Source: Eledone cirrhosa (taxonomy: Eukaryota). Taken from it: DNA of 64,000 nucleotides. Shown here one piece after another: positions 25,080 to 43,645 of this stretch; within the stretch, counting starts at the first letter, position 1; every line of letters starts with the position of its first letter. Under the pieces are notes generated by a model, which had not been told where the DNA came from, searched no databases, and saw nothing but the letters and a program-made list of their open reading frames with translations. The stretch spans positions 25,916,001 through 25,980,000 of the forward strand of contig OZ024741.1 of the NCBI GenBank assembly GCA_964016885.1, read 5' to 3'. The translations under genes and the position numbers were made by a program.

Positions 25080-25975
25080 ACATGAAAATTTACACACCTA
25101 TGTAAAAAGTGCCAAGGAAGCAAATAGACGAGGTTTCAAATCTCTAACTTGAAAAATGTGGTCCCTATGGCCCCCAAACGGTCTATTTACTATCACGTTC
25201 AGTGAGTTATTTCCTCCTGTTCTAATACTTGGATGAGTTATTTACAATTTCATACAAATTTTTAAACTCATCAACGTTCTTTCGCTGTTAACATACAGTA
25301 CCAATAATTTGAAAAATATTATTGAAAGTTTATTATAAAGAAGCAGTTTCAGGAAAAAAAATAGAAATATGCACTTGGGGCTGGACGGCGTACAATGAGA
25401 AGTGGAGCGACGTGAAAAGTGTTGTTTATTAACAGCGAAATAGCAATGTCGATGATATGCAAGTTTTAAAATGCAGATTAATAAACTGTTGCCTTCTGCA
25501 CTACATTTCATTTTCATTTTTCAATTACAGTTGCTCTATATTAAATTTAAATACTTCTATAACGATCATACAGTACCGTTTTATGAACTTAATGAATGGA
25601 ATCTATAAGCCCTTTTGTTGCCGAGTTAATTATTTCATTTTTGTTAATACCAAACCGAAAACGGTCACTGTTTTCTAACAAAAGAAATAAAACCCTTTGC
25701 GAACCCCCTGTTCTAATACTGGGATTAGTTATTTCCCCCTCTTTTAATAAACGTCTAATATATAGAGGCCCCTCTTGCTGACCAGGGCAATCAAAGTGTA
25801 AACTATCATACAAACCTTCACGTCGCTCCACTTCTCATTGTACGCCGTCCAGCCCCAAGTGCATATTTCTATTTTTTTTCCTGAAACTGCTTCTTTATAA
25901 TAATTTTAAATAATATTTTTCAAATTATTAACTTAATAAAAAGTGACCCCTGGTGCAACCGGGCTCAGCTGCTAG
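25080..25975 (+). mobile_element. Non-autonomous Helitron-like element with ~110-bp internal inverted repeats
   Basis: The 3' end ccctggtgcaaccgggctcagctgCTAG|T (short GC hairpin, then CTAG before T) is the Helitron signature. Inverted repeats at ~25303-25415 and ~25817-25929. The 5' boundary is uncertain. Confidence 0.6.
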
Positions 25976-26199
25976 TATATATATATTTGAAAAAAAGGAA
26001 AAGAATGACTTCACTTGTAGTGTTAAACATTTTTTGATTTAATTTTATAATATTATGAGTTGGTAGATCCAGTAAGTTCTTTGTTAACTTCGGTGGGAAG
26101 AATTTTAGAGATTCCTGGTTAACTTGGGTTGGAGAACTTTCTCTCATTGCATTTGTCTGTGGCGATTGTCAAAGACATACACACACAGTTGCTTATTTT

Positions 26200-26725
26200 A
26201 GCCCCCTCTCCCCTTCCATCACCTCACACCATTCCTCTCACTGACCCTTTCTCTTACCTCTTTCAATAAGATACATTCCCTCCCCTATTATTGCCCCCTA
26301 CTTCTCCCACATCTCACCCCCTCTCTTTACCTCCTGCTCTCTCTCTCAACCTATCTTCCTCCCTCTCCCAAATCTCGCCCCTTCCCACCACCTCACACCC
26401 TCCCCCTACTTCACCCACCATATTACCCCCTTCCCACTACCACTCCCACCCTCTACCTCTCTCATCATTTCCCTCTACCACACCCACCCTCTACGCTATC
26501 CCCTCTAACTCTCCCCACCCACACACTTGTTTCACCTCTACCCCTATATGGAACCCCTCATCTCTCCCTCTGTCACTCTCACTCATCTCTCCCTCTCTCA
26601 CTCCCCCTCATTTCTCCCTCTCTCACTCCCCTCGTCTCTCTCTCTCACTCCCACTCAACCCCTCACTCCCCCTCATCTACACCTTCTCTCACTCCCTCTC
26701 AACTCCCCCCACCCCACCCCTTTCT
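26200..26725. repeat. Pyrimidine-rich (CT/CCC) low-complexity tract
   Basis: Composition. Confidence 0.85.
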
Positions 26726-27074
26726 CTGTAATGAAATATCAATTAAACCCTTTTGGTGTTGATAATCAAATTATTTCAGCACATTTTAATGAGATCTTCT
26801 ACATAGATTATGTTGCACTCAGAAAGGTAGCGTGTGGAGTGGGGTGTCAGGAAAGTGTGTAGAGGGTGTGTCTCTGTGTAGAGAGTGTGTGTGTGTATGT
26901 AGTGTGTATATATATGTGCATGTGTGAAAATATGTAATATGGTCTATGCATATATATATATATATATATACATATATAGATATATGTATATATGTATGTA
27001 CTCACACACATATATTTATGTCTGTGGGTGTAGTAACAGGATTCTGACATGGCCTTAATGTTATATATATATAT

Positions 27075-27324
27075 ATCATCATTTAATGTCTATCTTCCAC
27101 ACTAGCATGGGTTAGACGGGAGTTGTCCCACTTGAGGTAAGGTTGGTCAGGTGACCGTGTCTCGCTCATATAGGACTATCTGGCAGGTTTTCTAAGGCTG
27201 GATGCCCTTCCTAACACCAACCACATTTACAGTGTGGAACTGGGAACTTTTTACCGTTACCTACATGGCCACATTACAGCGTGGACTGTGTGTTTTTTTT
27301 GTCGTGACACCTACACGATCTCAT
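27075..27324 (-). mobile_element. RTE family B 3' UTR fragment
   Basis: Reverse complement of 29268-29520. Confidence 0.8.
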
Positions 27325-27507
27325 TGGCAGTATCGGTAGAGAGTCGGACACCATGCTTTGAAGCATAGAGTTACGTCCCTTTATGACCCGAGTTCAAATC
27401 CCGCCGAGGTTAACTTTGCCTTTCATCCTTACGCCTTACGAGGTCGATAAAATAAAGTACCAGTAATACACTGGGTAATTGGTGGCCTTGTGCCAAAAGT
27501 AGAAACA

Positions 27508-27510
<3 letters not shown>
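27325..27510 (+). mobile_element. tRNA-derived Deu/Nin-type SINE
   Basis: A-box-like tggcagtatcgg, B-box gagttcaaatcc, then gcctttcatcc...gtcgataaaataaagtaccag. Confidence 0.8.
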
Positions 27511-27536
<26 letters not shown>

Positions 27537-27539
<3 letters not shown>

Positions 27540-27724
27540 GGAGAAAGTATGACCCCGACGGCAGAGCTCAAGCCGTTTCGACGGCTATTTCTGGACTGAG
27601 TCGAAATGGCTTGAGCTCTGCTGTCAGGGTCATACTTTCTCCTATTACCCACTCTACTACCCTAAGTATTGAGTACTCTGGTGTGTTATGGTCCATCTGG
27701 TTCCTTACCACAACTCCTCCGTTA
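27537..27724 (-). mobile_element. Inverted copy of the 19424 hairpin element, in (TA)n
   Basis: Near-identical arms and unique flank (ccatctggttccttaccac). Confidence 0.8.
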
Positions 27725-28005
27725 TATATATAGAGAGATATACATAGAGAGAGATGTGATTAAATTCCAATGATGCAATGATAAGATCTCTTTGTTTTGG
27801 CTATCTCACAGACTCACCGGTTCAAATTAGTTTGTACAGAGCAAGACATGTTTGAACCAAGACAGCCTATGAGTTATTTGAAATAGAGAGAGCCTTCTGC
27901 TGGAATTATATCGTATTTTGATACCTTCTTTGCACTTAAACATGCCTTGAGTTCTACTCTGATTTGTGGTTTTCCTGGTCCCTGAACCATGAATACATCA
28001 TAAAT

Positions 28006-28180
28006 ATCATCATCCTCATCATCACCGTTTTACGTCCGTTCTTCCACACTAGCATGGGTTAGATGGGTTGTCCTGTTGTGGGCAGTAGCCGGTCGGCTGA
28101 CCATGCCTTGCTCATATGGGAACTGATTCTGGCTTGATTTTTACATCTGGATGCCCTTCCTAACACCAACCTCATTTACA
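28006..28180 (-). mobile_element. RTE family A 3' terminal fragment
   Basis: Matches 18491-18660. Confidence 0.85.
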
Positions 28181-28517
28181 TTTCATGCCTACAAAATGTA
28201 TATATATATACACACACACATTCTAAATATATATATATGTCGTTTCCAATAAAGAAAACAGATAAAGGCAGGTGAAGAAGTTATTACAGCTCACAATATG
28301 AGATATATTACAGTAAACTACCCAGAAAGCCACATACAAGATCTACTTGTATGAACTCCTTATTTCAGATGTTTAAGTAGACTCATAGAGCCAATATTAC
28401 ATTGAAAATATTTATTTTTTTTTTATTAATTCTTATGAATCTAATTATTGGATTATATAATTAACTAATAATAAATTATATACCCTGTAAGATGGAAGAA
28501 ATGAGCATTAATTAAAA

Positions 28518-28630
28518 TGAGTTCAAATCCCGCCGAGGTTGACTTTGCCTTTCATCCTTACGGGGTCGATAAAATAAAGTACCAGTAATGCACTGGGTAA
28601 TTGCTGGCCTTGTGCCTAAAGTAGAAACAA
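28518..28630 (+). mobile_element. Deu/Nin-type SINE, 5'-truncated
   Basis: gagttcaaatcccgccgaggttgactttgcctttcatccttacggggtcgataaaataaagtaccag. Confidence 0.8.
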
Positions 28631-28688
28631 TTAATTAAAATGATATAATTAACACTATTTGGTCTTATTTTTAATATATATATATATA

Positions 28689-29528
28689 AATGAAAGGCAG
28701 GTTGTACGATGCCTGCATACGAACAGCAATGCTGCATGGCAGTGAGACCTGGGCATTGTGTGCAGAGGATATACGCAGACTAGAGAGGAACGAAGCTTGC
28801 ATGCTCCGCTGGATGTGTAACAGTAATATACGTGAACGGCAAAGCATAAACGAACTAAGGAAAAAATTAGAGATAAGAGGGATCAGATGTTGTTTACTCG
28901 AGAGAAGGCTACGTTGGTATGGACACGTGATGCGCATGAAAGTCGATAGCTGTATAACAAAGTGCAGGGCAATAAAGATAGACGGTAGTCACGGAATAGG
29001 CAGACCCAGAAAAACCTGGGACGAGCTGATAAACTCCGACATCACACACTTACACCTCTCCAAGACAATGTCACTGGACCGAGACCTTTGGCGGTACTCA
29101 GTAACAGAGAAGACCCGCCTTACCTAAATATATAGTAAAACCTACTCCAGCCAGTAGGCATCTCTAACAAAATACACCCCGTCCCACCACCACCACCCCC
29201 ACCCGATCCACACCACCCCGTTCTATGTAAAATTATGTTGGTGCCGCGCCATCGAGGCCGAAACAAATGAGATCGTGTAGGTGTCACGACAAAAAAACAC
29301 ACAGTCCACGCTGTAATGTGGCCGTGTAGGCAACACGGTAAAAACCTCCCAGACCCACACTGTAAATGTGGTTGGTGTTAGGAAGGGCATCCAACTGTAG
29401 AAAACCTGCCAGACAGTCCTATGCGAGCAAGACAATCACTCTTGCCTCAAGTGGGACTACCCCCGTCCAAACCCATGCAAGCATGGAACACGGACGTTAA
29501 ACGTTGATGATGATGATGATGATGATGA
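28689..29528 (+). mobile_element. 5'-truncated RTE LINE, family B, TA-flanked, with (GAT)n tail
   Basis: ORF 28690-29127 reads MKGRLYDACIRTAMLHGSETW...RLRWYGHVMRM...GRPRKTW, an RTE C-terminus. Confidence 0.95.
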
Positions 29529-30006
29529 TATATATATATATATATTGAACTATCTCAAATAAGGCTCAGAATTGACTAAAAGGAAGATCACAGCAAAGTA
29601 CTTTAAAATAAAGGAACCCTATATGTGTATCATCCCAGAGGAAAAATTCTTGTCAAGTGATCTAAATCCATAGGGCTTAATGAATCTTTTAGGCTTCTCT
29701 GAATTATATTCTAAGGGATATTTTTTATTGAGATGTACTGTATAATACTGACTAATTATAAAATGTATATTATACACACATGTTTGTATGACCATTTTAA
29801 CTTATGTTTATAGCTCTGGTATCTTCTTCATATCCATGGAGCGCTTGTCTGCACAATACAGAAGTTGCGTTTCGCCAATTTCTACCCGCCGAAATGCGAT
29901 TCTCGCTAAATTTATATTTATATATATTTATATATATATATTGGGTAGTCAAGTATGAAATTTGTAGAAATTTGTTTTTTTTCTACAAATTTCATACTTG
30001 ATGACT

Positions 30007-30056
<50 letters not shown>

Positions 30057-30059
30057 AGA

Positions 30060-30232
30060 TGGATACTGTAAAAGCCTGTTTAGACTCACCAGCATACTCA
30101 ATACTAGGGGTAGTAGAGTATGGTTATAGGAAAGAGTCAGGACCCAATGGCTGAGCTCTTGCTATTTCAACAGCTGGTTCCAGTTTGGAATTAGCTGTTG
30201 AAATGGCAAGAGCTCAGCCATTGGGTCCCGAC
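30060..30232 (+). mobile_element. Diverged relative of the 19424 hairpin element
   Basis: tactcaata.taggg.tagtagagt...taggaaa flank, plus a hairpin with arms ggacccaatggctgagctcttgctatttcaacagct and its complement. Confidence 0.65.
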
Positions 30233-30264
30233 TATATATGTATATATATATATATATATATATA

Positions 30265-30419
30265 GTATATTTGGCAATACACTGTATGCTTAATTAAAAA
30301 CATTTTGAAGACCTTACACTATTGTTTTAAAGCAGTGACTATGTCACTGCTTTTTTCAACAAACAAAGGGAGATAAGCTGACAGACCTAATTAAGCATAC
30401 AGTGTATTGCCAAATATAC
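30265..30419. mobile_element. MITE with 32-bp terminal inverted repeats, in (TA)n (Tc1/mariner-like context)
   Basis: gtatatttggcaatacactgtatgcttaatta at 30265-30296 and its exact reverse complement at 30388-30419. Confidence 0.75.
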
Positions 30420-31149
30420 TATATATACATTCATATATACATCGGTATTTCAGAGCACCAATCCTAATTTTATATATATATATATATAGCTGTGGAAGAC
30501 TTGTCAAACAAAGGGTTGAGAGGACCCTTCAGTTGTGTCAAGTACACAACAGCCTCCCTAATGTTTGGTGTCCTACACACCCAGTACATGCTGTAAAGCG
30601 GTTGGTATTAAGAAGGGCATACAGTAGTAGAAAGTTTACCAAACAAAGGGTTGTAAGGACCCTCAGTTGTGTCAAAGACACCAAGAGATAACCAGGAATG
30701 CATTATAATATACATATTAGGTCCATTTCAGGATATTACCTTAAATATCTTCCTCAGTGAACCATGAATTACTTCATGGTTCACTGATGTATCACAGAAG
30801 AGATTCAACAGTGAACTGAATTACTTCAACAACAGCAACAAAAATACAGCCTCACACCCGCAATAGCTTTTTAAAAAAAACAAATTGATACAAAATAAGA
30901 AAAATAAACATCTTTTGATAAAAAAAAAACCACTTTTATAATTATTTTCTTTCCAAATGTGTATTTAAAAAGAAAAAAATTTTCTCCCTCAATTATCTAT
31001 TATTTCACCCCAAAATGCATTTTTAAAGTTGCCAATACAATAGTAATTATTGAAATATATGTGAGAATGTGTGAAGGGCTGAATATTATGGAATTAAAGG
31101 GGAGAACAAAAAATCAATGTATTTATATAAGGTTCTCTTTGTCTTACAC

Positions 31150-31955
31150 ATCATTACACATGCACACTTCTCTCTATCTCCCCCTCTCTCTCTCTTACTC
31201 ATCTCTCTACCTCTCTCACACATTAACAGTTCATCTCTCTCTTTACCTTGCTTCATATTTCTGTCCATGTCATATTTTCTCTATTTCCCCCCTCCCGTCT
31301 CTCTATCTCTCCCCCTCCCATCTCTCTATCTCTCCCCCTCCCGTCTCTCTCTCTCTCCTCCTCCCGTCTCTCTCTCTCTTCTCCTCCCGTCTCTCTCTCT
31401 CTCCTCCTCCCGTTTCTCTCTCTCTCCTCCTCCCGTCTCTCTCCTCCTCCCGTCTCTCTCCTCCTCCCGTCTCTCTCTCCCTCCCGTCTCTCTCTCTCCC
31501 CCTCCCGCCCCCCATCCCGTCTCTCTCTACCCCTCCCGTCTCTCTCTACCCCTCCCGTCTATCTCTCTCCCGTCTCTCTCTCTCCCGTCTCTCTCTCTCC
31601 CGTCTCTCTCTCTCCCGTCTCTCTCTCCTCCTCCCATCTCTCTCTCTCCCGTCTCTCTCTCTCCCGTCTCTCTCTCCTCCTCCCATCTCTCTCTCCTCCT
31701 CCCATCTCTCTCTCCTCCTCCCGTCTCTCTCTCCTCCTCCCGTCTCTCTCTCCTCCTCCCGTCTCTCTCTCCCCCTCCCGTCTCTCTCTCCCCCTCCAGT
31801 CTCCCCCCCCGTCTCTCGCTCCCCCCTCCCGTCTCTCGCTCTCCCCCTCCCGTCTCTCGCTCTTCCCCTCCCGTCTGTCGCTCTCCCCCTCTCATCTCTC
31901 GCTCGACCCCCCTCCCGCCTCTCTCTCCCCCTCCCGCCTCTTTCTCTCACTCTCA

Positions 31956-31958
<3 letters not shown>
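31150..31958. repeat. (CT)n/CTCCCGT compound microsatellite
   Basis: Composition. The LS/ER-rich ORFs are artefacts. Confidence 0.9.
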
Positions 31959-31997
<39 letters not shown>

Positions 31998-32389
31998 CTC
32001 ATGTTATATTTTCTGCCTCACTTCACTCAGTAACATGGACACAGGAAAGAATATATATGGCGGGGGGGGGGGGGGCTGTGTGTGTGTGTGTGTGTGTGTG
32101 TTGGTGCGTGTTTATGTGTATGTGTGTGGTTATGTGTATATGTGTGCTGTTCTTTTGTTCTCTTTATATATAATGGTACACAGGAAAGCTGTTGTCACTC
32201 TGAGGTACATGTTCAGACGACATATTCTTTCTTTGTCTCTCTTCCTCCCTTTCTTTCTGCCCCTCTCTCTTTTCCTATCCCTCACCCTTGCTCTTCCTCC
32301 CCCTCACACTCAACACATTGATTAGCAATTGGCAAACTTTTATTGCCATAATTAACTTAGTTTTTACATATTTAATACAATATGGGTTT

Positions 32390-34910
<2,521 letters not shown>

Positions 34911-35126
34911 TTTCGTTTCTGAATTTGTTTAGCAAGATTCTTTATCTGAAATCGTGTGTTGAAACCGATATTGTTATACTTTGGGAGGGTCATGTTGCCA
35001 ATAAGAAACACACGCACCAGTTGCTTTCACTTCAATTTAATTTAATATATATTTATAAATTTACAAATTTATAAATTTCTGGTTGGTTGGTTGGTTCCAC
35101 AACCAGATAGTTGTTTATATATATAT

Positions 35127-35171
35127 AGTCATAGTTCTTTCGTCACACACTCTGTGACCTCTTCAGTGACT
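35127..35171 (-). ncRNA. Minimal type I hammerhead ribozyme (inverted pLTR copy)
   Basis: Reverse complement of 39214-39258. Confidence 0.7.
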
Positions 35172-36230
35172 GGGGATTTCTTTCTTCGTTTCTGTGCCTT
35201 TCCTTTCTTCTATCCTACGCCATTTTGTTTGTGTGTGGGTTGCGTGCTCAGTTTGCGCATGCGCCACATCCGGGTGTCTGTGTGTGTTTGTGTTCATTTT
35301 TCTATTTTTCTATTTATATTTGTTTGTTTATTTATTTATTTATTGTTGGTTGGTTGTTTGTTCTATGTGTGTGTGTGTTTTCATTTTGTCTTGTGTGTGT
35401 TTTCATTTTGTGTGTGTTTTCAATGTAAGTTGTTTATATATGTGTGTGTGTGTTTTCATTTTGTCCTTAATTGTAAGTTGTGATGTTGCTGTTCCACTCA
35501 TATTTTCTATTTAATTTTGGTTTTAATTCTTTTATGCTTACTGCCTCTGTAATTTGCCTAAACATTGCGTCTTTCTTGTGTGTGGATTCTATTTTTATTT
35601 CTATGCTCTCTAATTTACCCCTGTGTTCTATCTTAGCATGTTGGTAGAGCACAGATGATTCTTTACTATCTTGGAGGTCTCGCCAGTGTTCATTTATTCG
35701 TTCCCCTATACTACGAGCTGTCTCACCTATGTACACTATATTTTTGTTTCTACATTGTCCCTCAGTACATCTTATGCTATATACTACATTTCTAGTTTTA
35801 CAGTTAATATGGGGGCTTATTTTACAGGTTATACATTTCTTATCTATACATGAGGGTCTTTGGAACGGGTATGTCTTGCTAATAAGTGTTTTTACGGAGG
35901 TACCAGGTCTTTCTACTATCTTAATATTGAGATTATGTTTCTTTAGGGCCCTTCTAAATTTGTAGGCTAGTTCACCTTAGTTCACCTCTAGGGGTTGTAT
36001 TGATGAACATTACACTCTGGTATTTATTGCTATCATACCATGAGTTTATTCTATTGGCCTTGTTCTTAGTTCTTTCTATTCTATTCCAAAATTTGCTCCT
36101 ATACAAGGGGCAGGTCCCATTTATGTCATTATTTACCATTTTTTCCCATTTGGTTCTGGCTCCTTTATACACTCTGATTCTATCTCTCTGATTGAACACA
36201 CAGACACACAAAATAGGGTAGATAACAACA

Positions 36231-38917
36231 TTGAGCCAGTGGAAAGAGACAGGAGTAATTATGAGAGACATAGAAACAACCATGAAGCTGAGGCTGCTGC
36301 TGTTGGTGGAAATAGAAACAACACAACTAACAATAGCGCAAGTACACATAAAGCAGCAGCCTGGGAACTCTCCGTTTTATAACCCCTCCGATAAATCATT
36401 CGACCTACGACGAGTCCACGCCACGACTTTGCCATTTAACAAACGCACGCAAGCTGAGGCTGCTGCTGTTGGTGGAAATAGAAACAACACAACTAACAAT
36501 AGCGCAAGTACACATAAAGCAGCAGCCTGGAACTCTCCGTTTTATAACCCCTCCGATAAATCATTCGACCTACGACGAGTCCACGCCACGACTTTGCCAT
36601 TTAACAAACGCACGCAGTTGCCGTCGCAGGTCGATGAACAAACAGAAGCACAATTTAGTATAGCTAAATCCGAACTTAGAAATATTATAGAACAGTATAG
36701 CAAGAAGCATAATAGAATAGAGGCCCAGCAACTGGGAGAAGAATCTGCAAATGGCTTGCGTAAGCTCATGCAGCGCTCGCGTAATGGAGAGATAGCATGC
36801 TTTCCAACAGACAAGTCTGGCAGAATGTCGGTTGACAGCCTGCCAAACTACATCCAGGCAATGCAACCCCACATCACTAACACAAGAGAGGTAACACCAC
36901 AGGAGCATGAGGACAGAGAAAAAACCCTCAATGCCCATATGGTGATGTGGACAAATATAATGCAGCCCAACAAAAGGACTGCCAACAACTTCCAGGCCTG
37001 GAACAATGACGTGCCGGCGTTGTATGGGCTTCGAAAAGACCATAAAACGGGCTGGGACCCTGTCGCGGGACCACCAACACGGCCAGTCTGTGGGGCTAAC
37101 ATTGCTAGTAACTACAGACTGTCCTACTTCCTCTCCCTGATCATACGCCCCATCATTGAGATGTCCCCAGATGTGTGTGACAGCACGGAGGACCTCCTCA
37201 GCAGAATCGACGCGGGTAACCGATCTGGGGACCTAACAAACTGCATAATAGGCAGTATGGATGTTGTGTCCCTGTATCCATCTATTGACGTGGATTTTGC
37301 TGTGGAGAAATGCGTCGAAATGATCAGCGAGAGCAAGGTTGAGTTCCGTGGCGATTGATACCAGTGAGCTGGGACTTCTACTTAAGCTTACCCATAGTAA
37401 TAGTTACCTAGACACTTATGACCTTAGCAACCTGTGCCCTACAAGACCAGCAAGAGGCAGACCACCTACCATTACCTCAATGGCCAAGAAAACCCACACA
37501 GATAGATGGAACGGGTGGACCAGAGCCATACGGACACCCTGAAAACCACGATGAACTGAAGAAAATGATTGCACATGCGGTAGGGCCAGCATAAAATTAA
37601 CCCTTAAGGAACATATGTTCAAATTTTAATGGTAAAACATATGCCCAAGAGAGAAGAGCAGCCATTGGTGTTAGCATTGCAGGCGACATAGCTAACTTGT
37701 TCATGGTATGGTGGGGACAGTAGACTTAAACAAAAACTTAAAGAACAATTAGAAGACAGATTAACCCTGATAATGTACTCCCCGCTACGTAGATGATATA
37801 AACATCGTAGTTAAGACACCCCCACTAAAGAACAGTCAGGAACCTGAGAAAAACACAATGGAAAGCATCCAGCAAATAGCAAACTCCATCCACCAGAGCA
37901 TTAGAGTTACTATAGACTACCCAAGTAGACACCCCAACCATCGATTACCTGTACTAGACACAGAGCTCTGGTTAGATACTATTAACAACCAAAAACAAAT
38001 CCTCCATTCCCATTATGCCAAACCCATGACTTCCAAACATCTGATCCACCGAAACTCGGCCATTTCGGACCATACCAAAATCAACATACTGATTGCGGAT
38101 TTGATACGGGTGATGAGAAATGTGTCCCGCATGTGCAACCCCGAAGAACTAGAGAGACACATACAACACTTCATCCACCGTATGCAGTTCTCTGGCTACA
38201 ATCAGAGAGATAGAATCAGAGTGTATAAAGGAGCCAGAACCAAATGGGAAAAAATGGTAAATAATGACATAAATGGGACCTGCCCCTTGTATAGGAGGCA
38301 AATTTTGGAATAGAATAGAAAGAACTAAGAACAAGGCCAATAGAATAAACTCATGGTATGATAGCAATAAATACCAGAGTGTAATGTTCATCAATACAAC
38401 CCCTAGAGGTGAACTAGCCTACAAATTTAGAAGGGCCCTAAAGAAACATAATCTCAATATTAAGATAGTAGAAAGACCTGGTACCTCCGTAAAAACACTT
38501 ATTAGCAAGACATACCCGTTCCAAAGACCCTCATGTATAGATAAGAAATGTATAACCTGTAAAATAAGCCCCCATATTAACTGTAAAACTAGAAATGTAG
38601 TATATAGCATAAGATGTACTGAGGGACAATGTAGAAACAAAAATATAGTGTACATAGGTGAGACAGCTCGTAGTATAGGGGAACGAATAAATGAACACTG
38701 GCGAGACCTCCAAGATAGTAAAGAATCATCTGTGCTCTACCAACATGCTAAGATAGAACACAGGGGTAAATTAGAGAGCATAGAAATAAAAATAGAATCC
38801 ACACACAAGAAAGACGCAATGTTTAGGCAAATTACAGAGGCAGTAAGCATAAAAGAATTAAAACCAAAATTAAATAGAAAATATGAGTGGAACAGCAACA
38901 TCACAACTTACAATTAA
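36231..38917 (+). pseudogene. PLE reverse transcriptase + GIY-YIG endonuclease ORF, 5'-truncated, with several 1-bp frameshifts
   Basis: TDKSGR, LRKDHK, TRPVCGA, GSMDVVSLYPSID (motif A), AIGVSIAGDIANLFM (B), RYVDDIN (C), LPVLD, Cys linker CIDKKCITC, VVYSIRC...VYIGETARSIGERINEH...RQITEAV...LNRKYEW. Confidence 0.92.
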
Positions 38918-39213
38918 GGACAAAATGAAAACACACACACACATATATAAACAACTTACAATTGAAAACACACACAAAATGAAAACACACACAAGACAAA
39001 ATGAAAACACACACACACATAGAACAAACAACCAACCAACAATAAATAAATAAATAAACAAACAAATATAAATAGAAAAATAGAAAAATGAACACAAACA
39101 CACACAGACACCCGGATGTGGCGCATGCGCAAACTGAGCACGCAACCCACACACAAACAAAATGGCGTAGGATAGAAGAAAGGAAAGGCACAGAAACGAA
39201 GAAAGAAATCCCC

Positions 39214-39258
39214 AGTCACTGAAGAGGTCACAGAGTGTGTGACGAAAGAACTATGACT
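39214..39258 (+). ncRNA. Minimal type I hammerhead ribozyme in the PLE pLTR
   Basis: AGUCA-CUGAAGA-G-GUCACA(GAGUG)UGUGAC-GAAA-G(AA)C-UA-UGACU: 5-bp stem I, conserved core, 6-bp stem II, rudimentary stem III. Confidence 0.75.
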
Positions 39259-39409
39259 ATATATATATAAACAACTATCTGGTTGTGGAACCAACCAACC
39301 AACCAGAAATTTATAAATTTGTAAATTTATAAATATATATTAAATTAAATTGAAGTGAAAGCAACTGGTGCGTGTGTTTCTTATTGGCAACATGACCCTC
39401 CCAAAGTAT

Positions 39410-43625
<4,216 letters not shown>

Positions 43626-43645
43626 ATACGTAAGGTATATATATA

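Larger units (their letters stand above)
34911..39415 (+). mobile_element. Penelope-like element (probably Naiad group) with an inverted 3' copy at its 5' end (34911-36193), flanked by (TA)n
   Basis: 34970-36193 is the reverse complement of ~38199-39415. RT and C-terminal GIY-YIG lie on +, and both pLTR-like ends carry a hammerhead motif. Confidence 0.9.

Noticed and set aside
26770-26826. Small AG...GT exon candidates (here, and 61759-61851) as next FERM exons
   Set aside because: In the phase required by the 815-893 exon they hit stops, and the open frames show no FERM similarity.
37350-37545. In-frame TGA codons in the PLE ORF as selenocysteine recoding (reported for some Naiad elements)
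   Set aside because: Each TGA is explained by a 1-bp insertion, since homology continues in another frame (GIDTSELG; PENHDELKKM). The insertion near 38297 is absent from the inverted copy. No SECIS was recognised.
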